DNA of 64,000 nucleotides from Callorhinchus milii (Eukaryota). The notes under the pieces are model-generated. The model made no database searches. It worked only from the letters and a program-made list of their open reading frames with translations, and was not told the DNA's origin. Shown piece by piece: positions 26,468-36,934 of the stretch. The DNA lies in assembly GCF_018977255.1 (NCBI RefSeq), contig NW_024704743.1, forward strand, positions 61,134,001-61,198,000. The letters are read 5' to 3'. Numbering within the stretch: position 1 is the stretch's first letter; each line of letters starts with the position of its first letter. Position numbers and translations under genes: made by a program.

Positions 26468-27085
26468 GAGTCTATAACATAGTTTGTTATAATGGCCTTT
26501 TCATTGTTTTTCTAATATTTCGCTCCTCTAAACTTTCCTCCCTGCTTTTAAAATAGAATAATATTCTGCGCACTTGATAAAGTTTAGTGTCACCTAAGAA
26601 CAATAGTATCTTGCACCAGATATAGGGAATTTTCCATGTGTAAGTGGTAGACTTGTGTGGAACTCTCAGTCTAGTTTGGATACTCTAAGTACGATGATGG
26701 CAAAACAGCATAAAGCATCTTTCATGTACCTGTAGTTAAATGGCTTCAAGTGCTGATCACTTCTTGTCTTATATTGTTTCTCTGCACCTGTTTGAACCTT
26801 GGTGCTGTACTACAAGTGCTGTGCAAAAAAAACTTTTTTTGACATTACCTCGCAAACCAGAATGACCAAACTAAAGAAAGGACAGACAGAAAGGACAGAT
26901 TGAATAAACTAAAGCTTTATTTACATCAAACAATTTATCAAACTGACTATACTATTGGACACACAATATTACAGAATCAGCAAATAATCCTTAGCAGGTA
27001 GTTTATCCACAAACATTTTTTTAATCTTGGATTGTTAGTTCTTCAGTCAAACAGAATAGAAGGCTGAAATTCCACCTGTTCTTAC

Positions 27086-27273
27086 CCTGTAAGATCATTT
27101 TGTCTTAAAATTTATGATCACACAGTATTGCGCAAATTCCTTAACCTTGATCTTAATTTGAAAGCCAGTCTTTTTAACAACTACAGAACAATGATTTCCA
27201 AATTAAAACTGAATTTAAGAATTTTCCATAATTCTGTACAATCTTAAATTTTAAGAAAGAACAGTCCTACAGG
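27086..27273. mobile_element. Old palindromic MITE-like element
   Basis: Arms 27103-27163 and 27196-27256 are imperfect reverse complements. Outer CCTGTAAGA pairs with TCCTACAGG. Related copies near 1020-1200, 10150-10310, 17630-17820 and 18190-18363. Confidence 0.65.
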
Positions 27274-27767
27274 CGATGACTAGATATCATTTTGGGACTT
27301 AAAAGGCCTATTTCCCACCTATTATAAGTTAATGGAGGAATCTAATCTCCAGAGGGGCTTTTCTTCACTGAGTCATATTCTTTTCCTAATATTTAAAACC
27401 TGAGTTCTCAAACAAAGCTTGTGGAGAGATCATGCTTTTCGACAGATTAATCCTCAACTTTCTGCCATTTGTATATTAAAAACTGAGAGAAATCAAACTA
27501 AGGCTCCCTCTTTGAAGAGCTTATGACATTGGATCAATTTTTCAATAGTCTGAATATTATTTGCAGATTTTTCTCAGAGTTATTCGTCAGCTATCATGAG
27601 TCTGGGAATAGAAAGCATGGACACAGTCACAATTCATTGTTCGCATCGCCACATATGCAAAGCCACTTTTTGTACAGTGCAAATACTTTACAAGGTAACA
27701 GGGAAGCACCAGTCCTTTAATATACTACCTTTTACATCAAAAAGTAATTTGAATATTAGGTGGCTCA

Positions 27768-28195
27768 GTTTTTGGCAATTTAGTTCAACTTGTAGAGCTC
27801 TTGCCTTCAGATAAAAAGGTTGTGTGTTCAAGCGCTGCACTACGACTTTAGTAAGGTTGACATGCTGGTGTATTACCGAGGAACTGGTATATTGTTGGAA
27901 GTATAGAATCAAAGAATCCTACAGCACAGGAGGCCATTCGCCCCATTGTGTCTGTGCCAGATCTTTAAATGAGCTTTCCAATCAGTCCCACTCCCCCACA
28001 AGTGACCTTTTTTTTAAATGAGATATAAAATTGAGGTCTCATCTGCCTGATCTTTGAGTGGATGTTAAAGATTCTATGAAACTATTTGAAAAGAGAAGAT
28101 AGTTTCTCCTATTGTCCTGGTCAACACTCCTCCAGATTAATTGATCATTCACCTTGTGGTTGTTTGTGAGACCATTTCAGTGCAAATGGCTGCTT
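27768..28195 (+). mobile_element. Old Deu-type SINE with a CR1 tail inserted (27900-28000)
   Basis: Head near 27770-27840, core GATGTTAAAGATTCTATGAAACTATTTGAA, ATAGAATC-type CR1 tail in between. Confidence 0.6.
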
Positions 28196-29234
28196 AACCA
28201 ACTACCTCCATTTCATCTCAGCAAATGGTTTCTCCTCCCACCCCCACCCAGTCACCTGCGGGGTATCCCAGGGCTCCATCCTTGGCCCTCTTCTTTTCCT
28301 TATCTATATACTCCCTCTGGGCGATGTCATCCGCAGACACAGGGTAAACTTCCACATGTATGTGGATGAGACACAAATCTACTTTGCCTCCTCCAGTACC
28401 AACTCCAGGTCCCGCCTGAAAACTTTCCTTGGCTCCCATCAACGTCTTTGCTCCCGTGGATCTAAACTCCTCAACCTCCCTGGGCTCTCCCTCAGATTCA
28501 CCGAACCAGTGTGTAATCTAGACATCCAGTTCGACCACCAACTGTCCTTCCTTCCCCACATCCGGTCCCTGACCAGGACCGCCTTCTTCCACCTCCACCA
28601 CATTGCCCGCCTCCGACCGTATCTTACCCCAAATGCAGCTGAAATCCTTGTGCATGCGTTTGTCACCTCCCGCCTGGATTACTCCAATGCACTCCTTGCC
28701 GGTCTCCCCAGCTCCACCATTCACAACATCCAGCTCATTCAGAACTTTGCCATCTGCATACTGACCCGGACCAAACTCTGTACCCACATCTCACCAGTTC
28801 TGGCCAGGCTCCACTGACTCACCATCACCAAACGGATCGACTTCTGTTCAAGATCAAAATCCTCACTCTTGTGTTCAAATCCATTCACTCCCTGGCACCT
28901 CCCTACCTCTCCAACTTCCTCACTCCCCAATACTCCATCCGGCGCCTCCGCTTGACTGGCACTGGCCTCTTGCTCGTCCCTCGTACCCTACGACCCACCA
29001 TCGAAGGTCGTACTTTCAGCCACTACACCCCGAAACTCTGAAACACTCTCCCTCAATCCTTCCGCCTTGCCCCCGCTCTCCCCTCTTTCAAGTCCCGCCT
29101 GAAAACTTTCCTCTTCGACCGTGCTTACAGCCACCTCCCCCCTCCCCCTGGCTCAGAGTCAGGCTCTGCCACTGTTAAACGCTCTGAGATACTACCCTGC
29201 TTGGAGGGAGCTATATAAGTGCAAGTTGTTGTTG
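28195..29234 (+). mobile_element. L2-clade LINE fragment
   Basis: [27 protein letters not shown], tail ending (GTT)n. Confidence 0.88.
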
Positions 29235-30300
29235 TATATTTGCTTACAAACAGTCACTTAATTTGGCTTCTAGATGTTTCAACTTGATCAGGTGCTATAA
29301 AAATACAAATTAGTCTTCCCTCCTTCCCCTTGGGCACCCAGAGCAACAGACTAATACCTGGATTTATAAGGGTTTAGCTCTAGTGAGAAGCTGGGTATTA
29401 TATTCCCTGCAGTAGAGAAGGGATTGACAGGATAGATAATGAGAGATCTATTACAAGGGGCACAGCCTTAAAATCACAACTAGGATAGTTATATAATAAT
29501 AATTATCCTCCCACTTAATATAGCACCTTATCTTGTCTTGAAACATTGCAAAGCACTTCATTTTTTTACTATGAAGAGTTGTGACTATGAATTATAGAGG
29601 AACACTGCAGCCAATTTTCGTACAGCAACAGCACAGTAGTTAAAACTAAGGTCAGGAAACATTTCTTCAAACAGGGTTCTGTAAAGATGTGACATGATCA
29701 GCCTTGGAAAGCTGTAGAGGCGGAATCAATGGCGATGTTTAAAAGAAAAATAGACAGATACTTGGGGAGTAAAGGTATAAAGAGGTTTGTTGAAAGGCCG
29801 AGGCATTGAGATTAGAAGATCTGCTACAATCTAATAAACTAGTGGAATAGGCTTGATGCACTGACTGGCCTGCTTCTGGCCCTTTTTCCTGTACTGTATT
29901 CCTACAAATGGTGTAGTCCAATGATCATGATGCAACACTAGATGCCAGTATAAGCACAGAGTTTTGCTGAGATTTCAGTGTCAGCCAGCAAGGCAACTGT
30001 TAATTATATAACTTCTCAACAATAACACAGTGAATTAAGATGAAAGCACTGATGTAGATTTGGATACATGCTGAGGTACACAGGCACTCGAACTGACAGG
30101 CAGGCACCTGATCAGCTCAGGAAATGGCAATCAGGCAAAAGTGGACTCCTTTACTGTATTAATGCACTTTCCAAAAGAATCTCCATAACTTTCCAGGAGT
30201 GTGAGCCTCGTGTAACAACACAGTGTCGAACCACATGCAGTGTACCAGATTCCTTGAAGTACCGTAAGGACATAAGAATTTGCTAGATGAAAGAAGACCA

Positions 30301-30608
30301 ATAATAATAATAATCATAATAATCATTTGATATAGCGCCTTATCATGTCATCAAGACATCTCAAAGCGCTTCACACTGTAAAGTGAATTGACTTTATATT
30401 TTGTGGGCGAAAAGCAGCAGCCAATTGTGCACAACAGTATCCCACAAACAGTCGTGGATTGAGTGACCAATTTTTCCTTTTTTTTGAAGGAATTATTACT
30501 CCCAGAAAAGTGATCCGCCAATCAATTCACCACCAAGTTCCTATTTACTGCCAGGTAAACAGAGGTGTGTGGAGTAAGGAAACTTGCCTAACGTTTTGCC
30601 CTGCCGGC
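30301..30608 (-). mobile_element. SINE, head truncated, inserted in an old CR1 tail
   Basis: Reverse complement of the SINE body and tail. Confidence 0.8.
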
Positions 30609-31627
30609 AATGTCTATCTAGTTCGCCTTCCACCATCCTGGTAGTCGCTTGACATGTCATGTCCCAAACTATATACTGTATCCCGAGATGTTATTTTTTA
30701 GCAGAAATCTATCTAATTTGTTCTTGAAACAAACAACATTTTCTGCTTCCATGTCACCCTAGGGAACTTGTTAAATACTCCAGGGCTGAATTCAGGCTGT
30801 GCCAGAATACTATAAATGTCAGCACAGAAGATGATCATTTGGTTCATTATCTCTGTGCTGTTGTGAGCTTACCCACTGGAGTTATGTATGAAATTTACAT
30901 TTCTGTTATTCTCCGAAAACCCTTTTGCACTTATATTTCGCCAACAAATGCAGCCAATCCACTTTACAATATATTCTGTGAAGCGCTTTGAGACCTCACA
31001 ATGTGATAAGGCGCCATATCAATGCAAGGATGATTATTATTATTATTTCAATGCTGTGAGATGCTACCCAGTGTGAAGGGTGCTATAAAAAAGCAAGTTG
31101 TTGTTATTATATACAACCTTGCACTTGTAAAGTGCCCTCCACGCAGGTTAGCGTTCTCAGAGAGCTTAATCCGCTATCAATACAGTGGTATTGACAAGTG
31201 TCTCGGTGGTGGGGGTGTGTGTGTTTGTGCAGTGACTGCATCCATGGTGGGGATCAATTAGCGGCTGCTGTGAGCTGATTGACACCTCCTGGAGCCGCCG
31301 CTAGTTGGTACCCTTACCGTCCATTGAGAGCGGCAATGGTAGGAAAGAAGCACTCAGGATGGGAGATGGCGGAAGAAAAGGTAAGAACCTCCATTACCAG
31401 GTAAATCGGGTAAATCGGGTAAATCGGACAAAACTCCCTGCCCTGATGTGTCCGAATAAGTGGATACCACTGTATTTAATCTCTAAACTGGAGAACTGAA
31501 CTGGTATTAAGGTGACATAGTTGGCACGGAATGTCGGAATCAATTGACGGAGAAGTCATTTCTCCGTGGCAATATTAATAGTCCGGTTCCTGAGCTAAGT
31601 GGGTTAACATTACTCCATGGTGTGGCT

Positions 31628-31632
<5 letters not shown>

Positions 31633-31666
<34 letters not shown>

Positions 31667-31852
31667 CCTTGCATTGATATAGCACTTTTCACGTCGGGAG
31701 GACGTCCCAAAGCGCTTCACAGATTATACTGTAAAGTGAATTGACTGTATATTTGTGGGCAAACGCAGCAGCCAATTGCGCACAGCAATGTCCCACAAAC
31801 AGTCGTAGATTGAAAATGACCAATTTATTATTGTTTTTTTTTGGAGGGATTA
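31633..31852 (-). mobile_element. Young SINE 3' portion with long (AAT)n tail
   Basis: Near-identical to the reverse complement of 8630-8839. Confidence 0.88.
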
Positions 31853-32129
31853 ATAGCCGAGCTCAGTACCCCAGCGTTTGGGGTCCCCAATTTTGGCGCT
31901 TGTCAACCTGTGCCTAATGCTCTCTGGAATTAGGTCAGGAGTGTGTGTGCGTTCAGCAGAGAATGTACATTCCATTCCATTCCAAACACGGAAATGTCTA
32001 CGTGTCGATGGGAGGCGCAGAACTGTCAATCTGCTTTGGACACACTCTCCGCTGTATCTGACACTCTTTGTGTTGTGTGTGTGTGTGTGTGAGAGACCTC
32101 CTCCATATTGCGTGACCCTCTCTGTGTGG

Positions 32130-32500
32130 TGTTTGTGACGCTCTGTGGTGTGTGGGACGATGTGTGGTGTGTGGGACGCTGCGCGTGTGAGTGACGCTGT
32201 GTGTGTGTACGTGACGCTGTGTGTGAGTGACGCTGTGTGTGTGACGCACGCGTTCCAACGCTCTCCACATGTTCAGCACCGGCCACACAAGGCAGGGGGT
32301 GGGGAGGGGCTGGGGCTGGGGGGGCGGGGCTGGGCCGGGGTGAGGGGTCAGGAAAGATGGCGGCGCCGGTGGTGCAGACCTGTCATGTTTCGTGCTGCGC
32401 GAACCGGGCTCCGCGCGCCGTGTCCTGGGGGAGAGGAGGTCACGTGGCCATCGGCAACTGCCGCTCTGTAACAGTCACAGAACCCGAGGTGGATTCGAAT
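32130..32500 (+). promoter_or_regulatory. CpG-rich TATA-less promoter / first exon of ELP2
   Basis: High CpG density against a CpG-poor background. GC box GGGGCGGGGC near 32321-32330. Several TGACG half-CRE motifs in GT-rich repeats at 32135-32250. Immediately upstream of the ATG. Confidence 0.7.
32357..32488 (+). CDS. ELP2: ELP2 exon 1 (Elongator complex protein 2, WD40)
   Basis: Good Kozak context AAGATGG. MAAPVVQTCHVSCCANRAPRAVSWGRGGHVAIGNCRSVTVTEPE resembles the ELP2 N-terminus. 132 nt, donor GAG|GTGGAT, within a CpG-rich segment. Confidence 0.92.
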
Positions 32501-32586
32501 CAGACATTGCACAACCCCCCCCGCAGCCCCATCTCCCTGTACGAAGACCCCCTCCCGTGTACAGAGAGTCTCCTCTGTCGTGTACA

Positions 32587-32880
32587 CCCCTCCCCCCCCC
32601 CCCCCCCCCACTCCGGTGTGCAGACCCCCCCCGCAGTGTGCAGACCCCCCCCCTGCAGTGTGCAGACCCCCCCCCCCTGCAGTGTGCAGACCCCCCCTGC
32701 AGTGTGCAGACCCCCCCTGCAGTGTACAGACCCCCCCCTGCAGTGTGCAGACCCCCCCCCCTGCAGTGTGCAGACCCCTCCCCCCCACTCCGGTGTGCAG
32801 ACCCCCCCCCTGCAGTGTGCAGACCCCTCCCCCCCCACTCCGGTGTGCAGACCCCCCCCCCCCCCTGCAGTGGCAGTGTG
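32587..32880. repeat. C-rich minisatellite CTGCAGTGTGCAGA(C)n in ELP2 intron 1
   Basis: About 12 tandem units with variable C tracts and a variant unit CACTCCGGTGTGCAGA. Confidence 0.95.
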
Positions 32881-33223
32881 TTGATTTAACCCCCGCTCCC
32901 AGTATTCAGACCTCCCTGTCACTTGCCTCCAGTGTGCGGGAGTCCCTATCCCCCACTACCACCACCACTGAATTTTTTGCCACCTGCAGAATCTCCCTGC
33001 TCCAGCCTCCTGGCCGGAGCGCTGTGCTGGCCGCCCCCTGGTGTATGTTGACGCCCTCTCGTGCCGGCTGGTACCCACGGCGTGTACATGAGTCTATGTA
33101 ATATCTTGTATGTTGTGTTTGGACCGTGGCATTCACGAAGGAATGTACAGCAAACAACACAATTTTAAGCGATCTATCGTGCTCAGACCAATACTGCTGG
33201 TGTGGATCCAGACCTGTATGCTA

Positions 33224-33350
33224 TAATAATAATAATAATAATAATAATGCTCCTTGCATTTAATATAGCACCTTATCACGTCTTTGAGACGTCTCAAAGC
33301 GCCTCACAGAATAGACTGTAAAGTGAATTGACTGTATTTTGTGGGCAAAA
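33224..33350 (-). mobile_element. 5'-truncated SINE tail (ELP2 intron 1)
   Basis: (AAT)n followed by CCTTGCATTTAATATAGCACCTTATCACG...GTGGGCAAAA. Confidence 0.8.
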
Positions 33351-33413
33351 TAGATTTGGATCCATTTAATATTTAAGGTATAGATTTGGATCCATTTAAT
33401 ATTTAAGGTATAG
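33351..33413. repeat. Perfect 30-bp tandem duplication
   Basis: TAGATTTGGATCCATTTAATATTTAAGGTA twice, followed by TAG. Confidence 0.95.
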
Positions 33414-33722
33414 TGAAACATAGTGAACAACATGGTATATAGAAGCTCACCTCTACTGCCCTATAATTTTATGTATTAAGTATATTATCAAGTTGTTCCT
33501 GACCTCAGAAACTGACAAATGCATTTGGAAGAGAGATAGATGAGGATTTAGGTTTACATTTGTTGGATGTCTTATTTGGCTTTGGACACATCCTTCATAA
33601 ATTGAACTCCCTTCACTAACTGCTTGGACATATATTGCTATGTTGTACTTTTTACATTTCTATTACAACTTCATACTGTACTTAAAACATCCTACTGAAT
33701 GTTTTCTGTTTTGTTTCAATAG

Positions 33723-33801
33723 AGCAGGACAGTGACTGAAACTCTGAATGGGCACACTGGAAAAGTTAACTGTGTCAAGTGGGTTCACAGAGATGATTGT
33801 G
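33723..33801 (+). CDS. ELP2: ELP2 exon 2
   Basis: AG acceptor, SRTVTETLNGHTGKVNCVKWVHRDDC, donor G|GTAAG, 79 nt. Confidence 0.95.
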
Positions 33802-33959
33802 GTAAGTATTGATAAATGAGTGTGCATTGATATTCTGAAGAATACTGTGCTCAATCTTGAATTAATTGCAAGAATAAATATTCTTACAGCTTTTGTTTTA
33901 AAAAAAGTCCACAGCACATTTCCTTTCCTCTACATTACACTCTATGTAATGTTTAGGAA

Positions 33960-34760
33960 ACCTTCCCTTTCTCTCCAAGGTCCTGGAAAGAGTTGTCGCT
34001 TCCCAACTGCGCTCTTTCCTTTCCACCCATTCACTCTTCGAACCCCTTCAGTCAGGTTTCCGTGCTGCCCTCACGCTGCTGAAACCCTGGTTCACGCCTT
34101 TGTCACCTCAAGGCTGGACTATGGGAACTCTCTCCTCGTCGGCCTTCCCGCCACCTCCCTCCACAAGCTGCAGGTCATTCAGAACTCTGCAGCTCGTGTA
34201 CTGTCCCGCACCAGGCTTCGGGAACACATCACTCCCACCCTCGCTCGCCTCCACTGGCTCCCCATCCCCCAGAGGATTGATTTCAAGATCCTCATCCTCA
34301 CCTACAAGGCCATTCACGGCCTTGCTCCCTCCTATCTCTCCAACCTACTATCCCCCTACCTACCTGCCCGTACCCTCCGTTCCTCCGGCTCCGGTCTGCT
34401 CCACGTCCCCCGCCCCAACCGCCCTACCATCGGTGGCCGGGCCTTCAGCCTCTCAGCCCCGAGGCTCTGGAACTCCATCCCCCAGTGCCTTCGCCGCCTC
34501 CTCCCTTTCCTCCTTCAAGGCCGGTCTCAAAACCTTTCTCTTCGACCGTGCCTTCAGCTCCCCTCTCGACTCTCTTCCCCCTCCTCGCTCCCTCCCTTCC
34601 CTCCCCTCACCCTGACCATTTCCCCCTCCTCGCTCCTCCCTCCCTCCCCTCACCCTGACCATTTCCCCCCTGCTCGGGTCATGACCCAACTGTGCAGCGC
34701 CTTGGGACGTCCTCCTGACGCGAAAGGCGCTTTATAGATGGAATCTTGTTGTTGTTGTTG
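33960..34760 (+). mobile_element. L2-clade LINE fragment with internal deletion (ELP2 intron 2)
   Basis: PFLSKVLE...QSGFR segment fused near 34070 to [21 protein letters not shown]...LHWLP. L2 tail ending (GTT)n. Confidence 0.9.
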
Positions 34761-34774
34761 TATGTGTGTATATT

Positions 34775-35078
34775 GGAGTCGTGTAGCTCACTGGTTAGAG
34801 CACTTGCCTTGCAAGCGAGATACCTGGGCTGAATTCCAGACAGGGTGAAACCTTGGGCAAGTTTCCTTACTCCACACGCCTAATAATAATCCCTCCAAAA
34901 CAAAAAAACAACAATAAATTGGTCTATGACTGTTTGTGGGACATTGCTGTGCACAATTGGCTGCCGCGTTTGCCCACAAATATACAGTCAATTCACTTTA
35001 CATCATATTCTGTGAAGCGCTTTGAAATGTCTAGAGGACGTGAAAAGCGCTATATCAAAATGCAAGCATTATTATTAT
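34775..35078 (+). mobile_element. tRNA(Ala)-derived SINE, full length
   Basis: Head, body and tail as in 8512-8839. Possible TSD TATATTG. Confidence 0.9.
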
Positions 35079-35214
35079 ATTGTATGATTGTAACTTATTC
35101 AGTATCTGGACTCTCAAAACTATCCGTATAATATATATAATATTATATAATGTATATACTCTCATTTTGTGTGTATATATAGTAATAATCCTTGCATATT
35201 ACCTTATCGCATTG

Positions 35215-36807
35215 TCAGTGTGGTGGGAGGACCTTTGCAGGACAGCTTGTGACGTACCAGCCACTTGATGTTCTTGAGGTACAAGTCCAATGCTGTGTTA
35301 CCAGGCTTGCTGAGCATCAGCTGCTCAATCCAGGTTCTCATGCAAGGGGCCTTGGCAAATAGAAGTACCCGCTGTGAAGCCGATTCGTCCTCCAGGGTGC
35401 TTAGCGACAGGTCACTGTAGGCTGGAGCCCTCCCTCATTGTAGTCGCTTCTCGCATTTGCCACAAATCCACCTCACTGCTTCATCTTGGATCCATAAAGG
35501 AGGACTGTTTGCACACAGGTCTTGTAAGCCCAGGCTTGACCTTGCTGTCCTTGAAGAGGGATGCACATGACCAGAATGCCCTTCGCCCTTCTCAGAGTTA
35601 ACCTTCTGGACAGTGTTCAGGCTGAAGTTAGTGTCCGCCACGACCCCAAGGTACCAATAAGAGTCAACAATTGGGACTGACGCCCCTTATATCTTCCAAT
35701 CAATTCCCTCAATGTCTTCCTTTGGGCCGTTCAGAACCATGATTCCGCATTTGGGGCACCTACCACCATGTATGGCGGGGGTAATGCAGAAGGTCCTCCT
35801 GAAGTGAAAGCGCTATATAAATGTAATTTTGTTGTTGTTCCAGAGGGATGGGCTCAGTAAGTCCACTGTCCACCCTTACACGGATCCTGGAGTTGGAATG
35901 CACATTCCAAATAAATTTCAGGATTCGGTGATGTATTCCCAAGGCTTTCAATTACAATAGATTTTAGAAATCCTTACGAAAGTCGATGAACGCAACATAC
36001 GTGGGTTTCCCCTCAGCCTTACAACGTTCTGCGATCTCATACAGAGCTACAACCTGTCCCACACATTCCTCACGAGAACAGAAGCCAGCTTGCTCCTACC
36101 TGATCAAACCACGAGCCTCCAATGCTTGCGATACACGTGCGATGACTACCTGAAGCACCACTTTAAGAGCCACTGAAATCAGCGAGATCCCTCTGTAGTT
36201 ATCAGTTTCACTAGGGTCACCCTTCTGGTGAATGGATGTCACAATTGCACTCTGGAACACTGACCGGGTGTGTGCCTCAGCGAGAATCCCGTTGGGACAG
36301 CGCTAGGAGGGCAGCTCTAAGGCGAGTTCGTGTTTCCTGGCTTGGACCTGTAAGATCTTCACCATTCTCCATCTGCTTCAGAGCAGCTTTTAGGAACTCA
36401 GCATTGATGCCGTCCGCACCAGCAAGACACCACAGTGCAGAGTCCACGTACTCCCAGCGGATTGGACCTTTAAGGCCTTCAATCTGGCCCACATATCCCG
36501 CCAATTATTCCAGCCTCCATGGAAATGGGTCTCTGCTATGGCCTGGTGGGTCAGACACCAACTCTGTGTAATACTCCCTCCAGACTCTAAGGATAACCTC
36601 ATGGGTCTGTTGTAGAATAACGGACTTGTTCAAAACTGGTACGGGCCCAGAGGGGCCCCTCCGGCCATGGCTGATGATGGGAATGTCCTTGTGCCCACTT
36701 TCGGAGTGACCAGCTCATTGATTCCGATCCATTTCTCTGATGACTTTCCTAGCTTTATGCCATGTTTGGTCGTAAGTGCCTTTGCTGCAGTTCTAGCTTG
36801 TGCCGAA
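35215..36807 (-). mobile_element. Decayed non-LTR retrotransposon RT fragment, not L2 or CR1, clade unassigned
   Basis: Manual minus-strand translation gives WREYYTELVSDPPGHSRD; GADGINAEFLK; KGDPSETDNYRGISLISVALKV...*EQAGFCSREECVGQVVALYEIAERCKAEGKPTYVAFIDFRKDF; KCGIMV...PIVDSYWYLG; MRTWIEQL. The core QG/xADD region is missing. Confidence 0.85.
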
Positions 36808-36863
36808 TTGATAAGACGCTATATCAAATACAAAGATTATTATTATTTTATTTTTAATTATAG

Positions 36864-36934
36864 ATCCTGAGACAGAACTTGTGTCTGGAGGATGCGATAA
36901 CTGCCTCATTGTTTGGGAGGTGCTGAGTTGTAAG
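36864..36934 (+). CDS. ELP2: ELP2 exon 3
   Basis: TATAG| acceptor, DPETELVSGGCDNCLIVWEVLSCK, donor AAG|GTGAGT, 71 nt. Confidence 0.95.

Noticed and set aside
32587..32880. Palindromic repeat units superficially resembling a CRISPR array
   Set aside because: Eukaryotic intron, no unique spacers (only C tracts), no cas genes.
32237..33101. Several long overlapping Pro/Cys/Gly-rich ORFs on both strands
   Set aside because: They result from the stop-free C-rich minisatellite. Only 32357-32488 is real coding sequence (ELP2 exon 1).
33820..34737. 305-aa ORF, the longest in the window
   Set aside because: Chance read-through from intron sequence into an L2 RT C-terminal fragment, not a host gene.
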